NCBI GenBank assembly: GCA_963709875.1
Contig: CAVPYB010000012.1
Coordinates: forward strand, 545,154-609,153
Origin: an uncultured Chloroflexia bacterium
GTDB taxonomy: Bacteria > Chloroflexota > Anaerolineae > Anaerolineales > UBA4823
Direction of reading: 5' to 3'
Length of the DNA: 64,000 nt
A program made the position numbers and the translations under genes. The notes below the pieces were generated by a model that was not told the DNA's origin, did no database searches, and was given only the letters and a program-made list of their open reading frames with translations. Shown piece after piece: positions 9,900 to 19,117 of the stretch. Position 1 is the stretch's first letter. Every line of letters begins with the position of its first letter.

Positions 9900-10184
9900 C
9901 AGTGACTATAAGAAATCGATGGTTGGAAGGATAAAAAATGCCAGCTAACCCCACATACACTTGACCGTGCTGCGCACGAGGGTAAGCGCCGCGTTTTCCA
10001 AGCATTTGGCTCTGGGTCAAGCAAATTTCGAAGCCGAAACGCACGGCAAATGATGTAACCGTTAGGCAGCCAAGCCCTTGCTTAAGGGTCTTCTGGAGAA
10101 TTCAAATGGCACTTGCTGGGAAACCTAAAACATGGCTGGCACTTGTGTGTCTAGGGACACTTGGACTGCTTTTAGCCAACCGTG

Positions 10185-10493
10185 TTACCAAAGTTCCTGG
10201 GCTACTTTTTGCGTGAAGGGGCGTCCCTGCGGGGTGAGCAGGATCACCGGGCAAGCCGGCGGCGCGCCAAGCACGCCTTCCACCGCGGCGAAGACCAACT
10301 CGGGCTTCATCACCATCCCCCCGCCGTCGCCGTACGGCTCATCATCTGTCACGTGGTGCTTATCATGGGTCCAATCGCGGATATTGTGCAGCTGCACCTC
10401 CAGCAGCCCGCGCTGCTGGGCGCGCTGCAGGATGCTGGTTTGCACGTAAGGTTCGAAAACTTCGGGGAAGAGAGTAAAGATGTCGAATATCAT
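10185..10493 (-). pseudogene. Truncated second copy of the trmD 5' end (first ~101 codons)
   Basis: [47 protein letters not shown]... differs from trmD at 7 of 101 residues. It carries G->D in the GGGGGM loop and stops two codons after the homology ends. Confidence 0.9.
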
Positions 10494-10536
10494 GATCGTG
10501 AACGGATTAGGGCTTCTTGAGGAAATTGGCAGGTTT

Positions 10537-10983
10537 TTACTTGCCGAACATTTCATAGGGAGGCCATTGCACCCACAGCAACGTGACGAAGATGGTAATG
10601 TTGACCACCAGCGCAATGACCGTATCAATATTCGATAGCCTGCGGTTGGGTGCGCCAGGCCAGATGCCAGAGAAGAGAATGATCCCAGCGGTCGAGATGA
10701 TCGCCGAAAGAACAGCGTACTGCCGCCAGTCGCTCCCGGGAAGCAAAGCACCCCAGAAGGATAACGCAGCAATGACGAAGCCTATCGCCGACAGTAACCA
10801 GAAGAATCCGGCGACGATGGCGGCAGCCCTGGGCGAGAGCGATGGGATCAGCCAGGAGCGAACAGGCAGGACTGGCTTGGAGCCTCCAGCCTGCCGTGGG
10901 AGCGACAGGAATGCATTCCCATGGGCGAGCCCGTGAAGGAAAAGCACTGCAGTGATGATGAATTTGATGGTTTGAGGGGACAT
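10537..10983 (-). CDS. Hypothetical 4-TM membrane protein
   Basis: 148-aa hydrophobic ORF with good coding appearance. I cannot name a family. Confidence 0.5.
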   Translation of the reverse strand: MSPQTIKFIITAVLFLHGLAHGNAFLSLPRQAGGSKPVLPVRSWLIPSLSPRAAAIVAGFFWLLSAIGFVIAALSFWGALLPGSDWRQYAVLSAIISTAGIILFSGIWPGAPNRRLSNIDTVIALVVNITIFVTLLWVQWPPYEMFGK

Positions 10984-11189
10984 AACCTGATTATACAGGT
11001 GAATCGCAAAGGGGGTGGATTAAGCGAGGAGGAAATTCTAAACGCTATCCAAACCGTCATCGGCACCTGACGCATAGCACCTCGCATCCGACACCTGCAA
11101 CTCACTCTTGGTATCTGGTACTTGACTCCCCGCACTTCGCACTAAGCTTAACCCCAGCTTAGCATCCGCCCCGCCAGACCCCATTCTGC

Positions 11190-11219
11190 TTGACTCGCAA
11201 TCCCTTGGGATGGTAATAT
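11190..11219 (+). promoter_or_regulatory. Candidate sigma70-type promoter of the TPR gene pair
   Basis: ttgact, 18-nt spacer, taatat, ending 10 nt before the ATG at 11229. Confidence 0.45.
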
Positions 11220-11228
11220 GCTCTTAAC

Positions 11229-12479
11229 ATGTACTTAAGAGGCAACCGTTGGAACATGAACACCCGGCGCAAGCGGCGCTCCAGCCCGTGGCGGATCATC
11301 CTGCTCGTGGCGCTTATCGGGGTGTTCTTATACTTAAATCAGGTTGTGGTGCCAGCCACCCCGCCGCTGTTCATCCCCACGCCGACCCCCACCCGCAGCC
11401 CGGAGGCCTACGTCAACGAGGCCGACCAGTTCTACCGGGAGGGCAAGCTGGCTCAGGCCATCCAGGCTTACCAGGAAGGCATCCTGGTCGACCCGGACAA
11501 CCCTGCCATCTACGTCACCCTGGCGCGCCTGCAGGTCTTCGCCGGAGAATACCAGGCTGCCATCGAGAACACCCAGAACGCCCTGCTGGTCAACCCCAAT
11601 AACCCGCTGGCGCACGCTGTCCAGGGCTGGGCGTGGAGCTTCCTGGGGGACCATCTGCAGGCTGAAGCGGCTGTGAAGAAAGCGCTGGAGCTCGACCCGA
11701 ACAACGCCCTGGCGCACGCCTTTTACGCCGAGATCCTGATCAACAAGGGAGATTTCGGCGACCTGGATAAAGCCATCGCAGCCTCCAAGACCGCCCGCGA
11801 TCTGGACCCCAGCCTGCTGGAAACGCACCGCGCCCGCGGCCTGGTGCTGGTCAACACGCAGAACGTGGAAGAAGCTATCAACGAGCTGAAAGCCGCCATC
11901 ACCATAAACGATAAGATCGCCGACCTGCACCTCAACCTGGGCTTCGCCTACCGCGTGCAGGGCGAGAACGATCTGGCGGTCGAAGAGCTTCTGACCGCAT
12001 TTGCCCTCAATCCCAATTCGCCTATCGCCCCCACCGAGATCTCGCTGGCTTACGCCAACGAAGGCCAGTTCGGCAAAGCGGTGCAGTACGCCGAGCAGGC
12101 GACCAAAGTCGAGCCTGAAAACCCGCGCCTGCACGGCAACCTGGGCGTGATGTACTACCGCAACCAGGAACTGGATAAAGCCATTCCCGAGCTGGCGATG
12201 GTGGTGCATGGCGGCACAGCCGATGATGGCACGGCGGTCGAAGGCCTGCCGCTGGATTACAGCACCGTGGCGCAGTACTACTGGTTCTACGGCTTCGCCC
12301 TGGCCAAGAACGGTCGCTGTACAGAGGCGGTGCCCGTCTTCCAGGCACTGCTCAGCGGCGTGCCGGATTACGAGCTGGCAGTGGAGAACGCCCAGGCCGG
12401 CATCCAGCTCTGCCAGGAAAGCCTGACCACCTCCACACCCACCCCCGAAGGCGAAGCAGAAGTCACCCCCACCCCGTAG
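11229..12479 (+). CDS. Membrane-anchored TPR-repeat protein
   Basis: Basic N-terminus, one TM helix, PTPTPT linker, then repeated TPR consensus (A..Y..AL.L.P.N..A). Confidence 0.8.
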   Translation: MYLRGNRWNMNTRRKRRSSPWRIILLVALIGVFLYLNQVVVPATPPLFIPTPTPTRSPEAYVNEADQFYREGKLAQAIQAYQEGILVDPDNPAIYVTLARLQVFAGEYQAAIENTQNALLVNPNNPLAHAVQGWAWSFLGDHLQAEAAVKKALELDPNNALAHAFYAEILINKGDFGDLDKAIAASKTARDLDPSLLETHRARGLVLVNTQNVEEAINELKAAITINDKIADLHLNLGFAYRVQGENDLAVEELLTAFALNPNSPIAPTEISLAYANEGQFGKAVQYAEQATKVEPENPRLHGNLGVMYYRNQELDKAIPELAMVVHGGTADDGTAVEGLPLDYSTVAQYYWFYGFALAKNGRCTEAVPVFQALLSGVPDYELAVENAQAGIQLCQESLTTSTPTPEGEAEVTPTP

Positions 12480-12485
12480 CAGCCC

Positions 12486-13904
12486 ATGGATCGCGATATC
12501 GTCGGCAAGCGCCCTCACTACCGCCCGGCAAAAGCCAGGGCAAATCCCTACCGCATCATGCTGTGGATCAGCCTGATTCTACTTGGCATCTGGCTGCTGA
12601 TGGGCATCCAACGCGGCCAGGTGGAGCCGCTCTTCGAGCCAACCCCCACCCCTACCCGCACCGCCGGGTCTTACATCCAGGAAGCGCAGGCCTATTTCCA
12701 GGCCGGGAAGCTGGATGACCCCGATGCTCCACAGCCGGCGCCCCTCAGACCCGACGCAATCGATACCTACCAACGCGCCCTGGATATGGATCCCAGCGAC
12801 GCGCACGCTTGGGCGGAGAAAGCCCGTATCCAGACCTACTCGATCACCATGCTCAGCAACGACGCCGACCGGCTGGAGCGGCTGGAACAGGCACTGGAGT
12901 CGATCGACAAGGCGGTCGAGCTGAATCCCGACGACAGCGATATCCATGCCATCCGCGCTTTCGTATTGGATTGGTACGCCTCCAGCCCGCTTATCTCGGA
13001 CGAACGCCGCCAGGAGCTGCTGCTGGAAGCCGAGAGTGAGGCGGTGCGCGCCTATGGTCTGGACCCTGAGAACGGGCTGGCGCTGGCCTTCTACGCCGAA
13101 GTTCTGCTCGACCAGCAGAAGTGGTCGCAGGCCGAGCAGAACGCCGCCAAAGCGATCTCCATCGCACCCAACTCGATGGATGCCCACCGCGTCTACGCCA
13201 CCGTGCTCGAGTCGCTCGGGCAGTACCGCAGCGCCATAGAGCAGTACCTCAAAGCCGCCGAGATCAGCCCCAACCTGACCTTCCTATACGTGTACGTGGG
13301 CCGCAACTACCTCAGCCTGCGCCTGTACGATCGTGCCCTGGAGTACTACGCCAGAGCAGCGGAGATCAATAAGCAGCTCGGGGTGAAAAATCCGATCCCC
13401 AACCTGGAGATCGCCAAGACCTACTCTCAGCAGGGCGAATTCTTCATCGCCTCCCGCAACGCCGAGACTGCTCTGGGGTTCGACCCGACCAATGCCAATA
13501 CATACGGGCAGCTGGGCATCATTTATATCCGCTCGCGCAACTATGAGGGCGCCCAGCCGATGCTGAAATGCGCCGTGCGCGGCTGCACGGCTGAGGAGAA
13601 CGAGGTCGGGGAATCGCCCGTCGAGGGGTTAGATCTCACCAACCTGACCGTGGCATACTACTACGTAGAGTACGGCACAGTGCTGGCGTTCTTGAGCCGC
13701 CCGAACCAGAACTTCTGCCCTGAGGCCCGCCAGGTGCTGAGCGAAGTCCGGGCCGCCTATCCGGACGATGAGATCTTGATGAGCATCGTCGCCGACAGCG
13801 AGGGCATATGCACCCGGCTGGATAGCGGCAGCGCACCGGAAGAAGCCCCCACCTCCACCCCGGATAGGATGATGGAGGCAACCCCGGTACCTTCCAGCCC
13901 GTAG
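12486..13904 (+). CDS. Membrane-anchored TPR-repeat protein (paralogue of the preceding gene)
   Basis: Same architecture: TM helix, EPTPTPTRT linker, TPR repeats, Pro/Thr-rich tail. Confidence 0.8.
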   Translation: MDRDIVGKRPHYRPAKARANPYRIMLWISLILLGIWLLMGIQRGQVEPLFEPTPTPTRTAGSYIQEAQAYFQAGKLDDPDAPQPAPLRPDAIDTYQRALDMDPSDAHAWAEKARIQTYSITMLSNDADRLERLEQALESIDKAVELNPDDSDIHAIRAFVLDWYASSPLISDERRQELLLEAESEAVRAYGLDPENGLALAFYAEVLLDQQKWSQAEQNAAKAISIAPNSMDAHRVYATVLESLGQYRSAIEQYLKAAEISPNLTFLYVYVGRNYLSLRLYDRALEYYARAAEINKQLGVKNPIPNLEIAKTYSQQGEFFIASRNAETALGFDPTNANTYGQLGIIYIRSRNYEGAQPMLKCAVRGCTAEENEVGESPVEGLDLTNLTVAYYYVEYGTVLAFLSRPNQNFCPEARQVLSEVRAAYPDDEILMSIVADSEGICTRLDSGSAPEEAPTSTPDRMMEATPVPSSP

Positions 13905-13925
13905 ACCCGCAACGATGACCGTTAC

Positions 13926-14019
13926 GTCATTGCGAACCCGGCTCACTTTGCTGGGTGAAGCAATCCTCTGACTGCACATTAGATTGCTTCAAGCCCAAAG
14001 AGCAGGCTTTCGCAATGAC
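13926..14019. repeat. REP/MITE-like nested inverted repeat
   Basis: Outer arms gtcattgcgaa / ttcgcaatgac (13926 and 14009). Inner arms gaagcaatc / gattgcttc (13957 and 13982). Confidence 0.5.
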
Positions 14020-14108
14020 TTCCAAGCGCCGCGTGGAAGCTCGGCTGGCGCAGCTTTTTCCAATGTGAGGGCGAATGTCAGAAATTTGTTAAAATTTGCC
14101 ATTCCCTC

Positions 14109-14137
14109 TTGACTTTCATTATAAAATTAGGTATGAT
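14109..14137 (+). promoter_or_regulatory. groESL promoter
   Basis: ttgact, 17-nt spacer, tatgat, immediately upstream of the CIRCE element. Confidence 0.6.
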
Positions 14138-14148
14138 TCAGGCGCTAG

Positions 14149-14175
14149 TTAGCACTCTCTTTGTTTGAGTGCTAA
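14149..14175 (+). promoter_or_regulatory. CIRCE operator (HrcA binding site)
   Basis: Perfect match to TTAGCACTC-N9-GAGTGCTAA. The palindrome extends to 14144..14180. Confidence 0.9.
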
Positions 14176-14224
14176 CTAGCCTGCATGTGGAAATCCAAAA
14201 TATCATCTTTTTCAGGAGGTACGT

Positions 14225-14521
14225 ATGTCGATTAACTTAAAACCCTTGGGAAGCCGCGTGGTGGTTGAGCCTGTGGAGCAGGAAGAGATCACCGCAGGTG
14301 GCATTGTGCTGCCAGAGACCGCCAAGGAAAAACCGCAAAAAGGGACCATCCTGGCAACAGGCCCTGGCGACCGTGATGACGACGGGAAGCGCATCCCGAT
14401 GGATATTGCGGTAGGCGACATGGTTTTGTATGCCAAGTATGCCGGCACCGAAATCAAGGTCGAAGGCAAAAAACTGCTGATTCTGAAAGAAAGCGACATT
14501 CTGGCAATCGTCGAAAACTAA
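14225..14521 (+). CDS. groES: Co-chaperonin GroES
   Basis: 98 aa: [17 protein letters not shown]...[16 protein letters not shown]. Confidence 0.95.
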   Translation: MSINLKPLGSRVVVEPVEQEEITAGGIVLPETAKEKPQKGTILATGPGDRDDDGKRIPMDIAVGDMVLYAKYAGTEIKVEGKKLLILKESDILAIVEN

Positions 14522-14550
14522 TTTTGAAATAAACATAAAGGAGTACATCT

Positions 14551-16182
14551 ATGGCAGCCAAACAACTGGTATTTTCTGAGGAAGCACGCCGCCGACTGCA
14601 GCGCGGCATGGACATTCTGGCATCCGCGGTGGTGACCACGCTCGGTCCGAAAGGCCGCAACGTTGCAATAGACCGCAAGTTCGGTTCCCCCACCATCACC
14701 CACGACGGCGTGACAGTCGCAAAAGAGATCGAACTGGAAGACCCATTCGAGAACATGGGCGCCCAGCTTCTCAAAGAAGCCGCTACCAAGACCAACGACA
14801 TCGCCGGTGACGGCACCACCACTTCTACCGTCCTGGCGCACTCGATCGTCTCCGAGGGCATGAAGAACCTTGCCGCCGGTGCCAACCCCATGCTGCTCAA
14901 GCGCGGCATCGAGGCAGCCACCAAGGCAGTCACCGATGAGATCAAAGCCCAGGCGATTGAGATCACTACCAAAGAAGAAATCGCAAACGTAGCATCCATC
15001 TCCGCTCAGGACCGCATCATCGGTGAGCTGATCGCCGAAGTCATGGACAAAGTCGGTAAAGACGGCGTCATCACTGTGGAAGAGTCCAAGGGTCTGGAGT
15101 TCGAGACCGAGTATGTCGAGGGTATGCAGTTCGACCGCGGTTACATCTCACCCTACTTCATCACCGACCCCGAGCACATGGAAGCCAACATCGAAGAACC
15201 ATACGTGCTCATTCATGACAAGAAGATCTCCGCCGCAACCGATATCGTCCCCATCCTGGAGAAACTGGTCCAGGTCGGCAAGCGCGAGCTGGTGATCATC
15301 GCCGAGGATATCGATGGTGAGGCACTGGCGACCCTGGTGCTCAACAAGCTGCGCGGCATGCTCAACGTGCTGGCAGTCAAAGCGCCCGGATTCGGCGACC
15401 GCCGTAAAGCCATGCTGCAGGATATCGCAGTGCTGACCGGTGCAGAAGTGATTTCTGAAGAGACCGGTCGCAAGCTCGAGTCCGTCGTGCTCAGCGACCT
15501 GGGCCGCGCCGAGAAGATCGTCTCCACCAAGGATGACACCACCGTCATCGGCGGCAAAGGCGAGACGGCGCAGATCAAAGGCCGTATCGAGCAGATCCGC
15601 ATCGAGATCGACAAGAGCACCAGCGATTACGACCGCGAGAAGCTCCAGGAGCGCCTGGCCAAGCTTTCCGGCGGCGTCGCCATCATCCGTGTTGGCGCAG
15701 CCACCGAGACCGAGCTGAAAGAGAAGAAGCACCGTGTAGAAGATGCTCTCTCCGCCACACGTGCCGCAGTCGAAGAGGGGATCGTCCCCGGTGGTGGCGT
15801 TGCATTGATCAATGCCATGGGCGCACTGGATGGCATTAAGATGGATCACGAAGACGCCCAGATCGGCGTCAATATCGTGCGCAAATCCCTGGAAGTTCCG
15901 CTACGCAAGATCGCAGAGAACGCCGGCAAGGACGGCTCCGTGATCCTGGAGAACGTGCGCCGCGCTCAGAAAGAGAAGAAGAACAAGAAGCTCGGCTTCA
16001 ATGTCATCTCCGAGGCATACCTGGATATGGTTAAAGACGGCGTGATCGACCCCGCCAAGGTTACCCGCGGCGCTCTGGAGAACGCCACTTCCATCGCAGC
16101 TATGATCCTGACCACCGAGGCCCTGATCACCGAGCTACCCGAGAAGGACAAGCCGGCTCCCCCGCCGATGCCGGATTATTAG
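14551..16182 (+). CDS. groEL: Chaperonin GroEL
   Basis: 543 aa: [18 protein letters not shown]...[12 protein letters not shown]... Confidence 0.97.
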   Translation: MAAKQLVFSEEARRRLQRGMDILASAVVTTLGPKGRNVAIDRKFGSPTITHDGVTVAKEIELEDPFENMGAQLLKEAATKTNDIAGDGTTTSTVLAHSIVSEGMKNLAAGANPMLLKRGIEAATKAVTDEIKAQAIEITTKEEIANVASISAQDRIIGELIAEVMDKVGKDGVITVEESKGLEFETEYVEGMQFDRGYISPYFITDPEHMEANIEEPYVLIHDKKISAATDIVPILEKLVQVGKRELVIIAEDIDGEALATLVLNKLRGMLNVLAVKAPGFGDRRKAMLQDIAVLTGAEVISEETGRKLESVVLSDLGRAEKIVSTKDDTTVIGGKGETAQIKGRIEQIRIEIDKSTSDYDREKLQERLAKLSGGVAIIRVGAATETELKEKKHRVEDALSATRAAVEEGIVPGGGVALINAMGALDGIKMDHEDAQIGVNIVRKSLEVPLRKIAENAGKDGSVILENVRRAQKEKKNKKLGFNVISEAYLDMVKDGVIDPAKVTRGALENATSIAAMILTTEALITELPEKDKPAPPPMPDY

Positions 16183-16248
16183 AATCGGCAGCTTCGTAGA
16201 TAGGGAGCTGCTATCCCCTAACTGCGTGAGCACGAGAATGATGCAAAA

Positions 16249-16280
16249 GCGAGGCACAGTGCGTCTGTGCCTCGCTTTTT
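16249..16280 (+). terminator. Intrinsic terminator after groEL
   Basis: gcgaggcacag-tgcgt-ctgtgcctcgc followed by ttttt. Confidence 0.8.
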
Positions 16281-16312
16281 ATTGTCCCGTCCGGTCTATT
16301 ACGGCAGCTTTA

Positions 16313-16819
16313 TCAATTTCCGCCTATAAAATCCTCCAAGAGCATCACTGCGAACTTGTCCCGCAGCCGCTCGAAGTGCCGGTCATTTGTTATGAACAAA
16401 TCGGCACCACCGAGCTGGCAGGCGGCGAGTTGTAGCGCGTCTGGAGGGCGGATATGAAATTCTGCACGCAGCCGTGCTGCCTGGCGGATAACGTCCCGGT
16501 CAAGGTCTATGATCATCAGGTTTGGGAAATTAACCAGCAGCGTTTCGTATTTCCTGGCAATATAATCCTTGTCTAACGAGAATGGCCTGACGATAATCTC
16601 CATCAAACTGATCGTCGAGGTTACTCCAACTCTTTCTCCCGCCTCAATACCCATGAGCACAGCGGTAGTCAGCGGGAGGTAGGTTGGATGCTCTTCGAAG
16701 TGATAGATGAAGATTGCAGTATCTAATCCGACTGTCGAAGATGTTCTCAGTCGTTTTGAGAGTCGGTCCACGCGCTGCGTTCCTGATTGATATATTCCTG
16801 GGCAATCAATCCATCCCAT
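16313..16819 (-). CDS. PIN-domain toxin (VapC-like)
   Basis: GLDTAIFIY..., SLMEI, DALQLAAC and ITNDRHF supply the acidic PIN residues. The coordinates give the maximal ORF. The true start may be the CTG at 16750 that overlaps the antitoxin stop. Confidence 0.8.
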   Translation of the reverse strand: MGWIDCPGIYQSGTQRVDRLSKRLRTSSTVGLDTAIFIYHFEEHPTYLPLTTAVLMGIEAGERVGVTSTISLMEIIVRPFSLDKDYIARKYETLLVNFPNLMIIDLDRDVIRQAARLRAEFHIRPPDALQLAACQLGGADLFITNDRHFERLRDKFAVMLLEDFIGGN

Positions 16820-17004
16820 ATCTCTTTGTGCAGACCGGACAAAACCTGAGTGTAATTCTCTGGCTCTGGTACCAAGACCAGGATACCATCCTGGCTGTCC
16901 ACCAGCAAGCGGTCTCCGCTGTTGATATTCAGAAGATGGCGTGCGGCCGCAGGCACCGAGATCTGGTAGCGCTTGCTGACCTTTACAGATGACACAATAG
17001 CCAT
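16747..17004 (-). CDS. AbrB/MazE(SpoVT)-family antitoxin
   Basis: MAIVSSVKVSKRYQISVPAAARHLLNINSGDRLLV. GGAGG RBS upstream of the ATG at 17004. Confidence 0.75.
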   Translation of the reverse strand: MAIVSSVKVSKRYQISVPAAARHLLNINSGDRLLVDSQDGILVLVPEPENYTQVLSGLHKEIWDGLIAQEYINQERSAWTDSQND

Positions 17005-17110
17005 AAATTCCTCCGACTTGCTAAGCAAATAACAGAATTTGCTTAGCATTATAACATCCCTGAATGATTTGGGGAAGGGAATTTAGAGACACAGCTCGAT
17101 GCTCAAAACT

Positions 17111-17139
17111 TTGACAAAATATCCCTTCCGTGCTAAAAT
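17111..17139 (+). promoter_or_regulatory. Near-consensus sigma70 promoter
   Basis: ttgaca, 17-nt spacer, taaaat. Confidence 0.6.
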
Positions 17140-17145
17140 CCGCTC

Positions 17146-17416
17146 TGGTCAGTAAGAATAACTGTGGTGGATATATAGCACTGAGAGATTGAACGGCCAG
17201 CGAACCGGCCCGACTGCGTTACCGTGAACCCAAGCCATTTATGGGAGTTAATATACCCAAAAAAGTGTGTGGAAATTCGATTATGTAACTGCGTGCCCCG
17301 GCCTGTATGAACTTGTCGGGGCATTTTGATTAAGGATTAGACGTTACGCAGCAGGTGGGAAGGTTATACCCTCCCTCGAACTGCGTAACATCAGTATAGA
17401 TTATAGAAGGAAGATT
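17146..17416 (+). promoter_or_regulatory. Structured leader or small RNA upstream of rnj (function unknown)
   Basis: ~270 nt between the promoter and the rnj ATG. It contains a 15-codon mini-ORF (17241..17288), a terminator hairpin (17294..17327) and a second hairpin gttacgcag...ctgcgtaac (17343..17389). Confidence 0.35.
17294..17327 (+). terminator. Intrinsic terminator/attenuator inside the rnj leader
   Basis: tgccccg-16 nt-cggggca followed by tttt. Confidence 0.55.
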
Positions 17417-19060
17417 ATGAGCAACAAAAAATTTAGAATTATTCCCCTGGGAGGACTCGGGGAGATCGGTAAGAACATGATGGTCTACGAATACGGCGAA
17501 AATATCCTCGTCGTGGACAGCGGACTGATGTTCCCCGAGAATGACATGCTGGGGATCGACTATATCATCCCCGATTTCCAATATTTGCTGGACAACCGGC
17601 ATAAGGTCCGCGGCGTGGTCGTCACCCACGGGCACGAAGACCATACCGGCGCCATCAACCACCTGATGGAGCAGATCAACGTACCAGTGTATGCTACCCC
17701 GCTGACCCGCGGGCTGCTGGAGGTGAAGCTCTCGCGCGGCGGGCTGCTGAGCCAGGTGCAGCTCAACACCGTAGAAGCGGGCGATACCATCCAGATCGGC
17801 CCGTTCAAAGTGGAGCTGTTCCACGTTTGCCACTCCATCCCGGATGGCGTAGGGCTGGGCATCACCACCCCGGCCGGGCTGGTCGTCCACACCGGTGATT
17901 ACAAATTCGACCACACCCCGGTCGACAACTGGCCGACGGATTACGCAAGCCTGGCAGATTTTGCCGGGCGTGGCGTGCTGGCTCTGCTGGCAGACTCCAC
18001 CAACGCCGACAAGCCCGGCTGGACGCCTTCCGAACGCGTGATCGACCCGGCATTCGACGACGTGTTCCGCAATGCCTCTGGGCGTGTGATCATCGCCAGC
18101 TTTGCTTCGCTGATCTCGCGCATGCAGCAGGTCGCCAATGCCTCCATCCGTCACAAGCGTAAATTGGCTTTTGCGGGGACAAGCATGGTAGAGAACGCTA
18201 AAATGGCGCGCAATCTGGGCTACCTGGAAATCCCCGATGACGTGCTGGTCAACATTGACCAGGCGCTGAAGATGAAGCCCCGTGAAGTGACCTTGATGAC
18301 CACCGGCACTCAGGGGGAGCCAACCTCCGTCATGGGTCGCCTGTCCACCGGTACCAACCGCCAGTTCGACGTCATCCCTGGAGATACCATCGTTCTTTCC
18401 TCCCACCCCATCCCGGGCAACGAGGAAGGAGTCAGCCGCACTATCAACCGCCTCTTCCGCCGCGGCGCCAACGTGATTTACGAAGACATCGCCCCGGTGC
18501 ACGTCTCCGGGCACGCCAAGCAGGAAGAGATGAAGCTGATGCTGCACTTGGTGAAGCCGGAATACTTCATCCCCATCCACGGAGAGCTGCGGCACCTGAA
18601 GCAGCACGCCGTACTGGCTCAGGAGGTGGGCCTGCCTGCCGAGAATATCGCCGTGGTCGAGAATGGAGAGATCGTCGAGTTCGAGGACGGGGAAATGCGT
18701 GTCACCGGTCGTGTCCCTGGCGGCTACGTCTTCGTGGATGGCGCCGGTGTCGGCGAGATCGGACCGACCGTGATGCGCGAGCGGGAGATCCTTTCCCGCG
18801 ACGGTTTCGTGCTGGTCAACCTGAGCCTGGACCGCAATACCTGCCGCCTGGCGGAAGAGCCCGAGTTCATCACACGTGGCTTCGTTTACTCGAAGGAAGC
18901 TGATGAACTGTTCGACGCAGCCCGGAAGCTGGTCGTGCAGACCGTCGACTGCACCAGCAACGGCAGGATGCAGAACGATCTCGAACAGACCTTGAAATCA
19001 TTCTTCTACAGCAGGACCAAACGCCGCCCGATGGTGTTTGTCACCCTCAGTCAGAAATGA
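17417..19060 (+). CDS. rnj: Ribonuclease J
   Basis: 547 aa of the metallo-beta-lactamase/beta-CASP family with VVTHGHEDHTGA. Confidence 0.95.
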   Translation: MSNKKFRIIPLGGLGEIGKNMMVYEYGENILVVDSGLMFPENDMLGIDYIIPDFQYLLDNRHKVRGVVVTHGHEDHTGAINHLMEQINVPVYATPLTRGLLEVKLSRGGLLSQVQLNTVEAGDTIQIGPFKVELFHVCHSIPDGVGLGITTPAGLVVHTGDYKFDHTPVDNWPTDYASLADFAGRGVLALLADSTNADKPGWTPSERVIDPAFDDVFRNASGRVIIASFASLISRMQQVANASIRHKRKLAFAGTSMVENAKMARNLGYLEIPDDVLVNIDQALKMKPREVTLMTTGTQGEPTSVMGRLSTGTNRQFDVIPGDTIVLSSHPIPGNEEGVSRTINRLFRRGANVIYEDIAPVHVSGHAKQEEMKLMLHLVKPEYFIPIHGELRHLKQHAVLAQEVGLPAENIAVVENGEIVEFEDGEMRVTGRVPGGYVFVDGAGVGEIGPTVMREREILSRDGFVLVNLSLDRNTCRLAEEPEFITRGFVYSKEADELFDAARKLVVQTVDCTSNGRMQNDLEQTLKSFFYSRTKRRPMVFVTLSQK

Positions 19061-19075
19061 ACCTTTAGCATATCA

Positions 19076-19115
19076 ACTGGGCTGCTATTCTGCGACGCAG
19101 GATAGCAGCCCAGTT
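19076..19115. terminator. Bidirectional hairpin terminator between convergent rnj and pcm
   Basis: gggctgctattctg-cgacg-caggatagcagccc (14-bp stem with one G-U pair), with complementary flanking bases. Confidence 0.7.
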
Positions 19116-19117
19116 AT

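Noticed and set aside
10192-10493. The second trmD 5' copy as an assembly duplication artefact.
   Set aside because: The copies differ at ~7% of positions and have entirely different flanks on both sides, which a collapsed or duplicated assembly error would not produce. Read-level confirmation is still recommended.
17146-17290. TPP riboswitch or 6S RNA assignment for the rnj upstream RNA. It contains CUGAGA and CCAGCG strings.
   Set aside because: The spacing and order of the strings do not fit the THI-box architecture. I could not find the long 5'/3' closing helix expected of 6S RNA. It is left as an unassigned structured leader.
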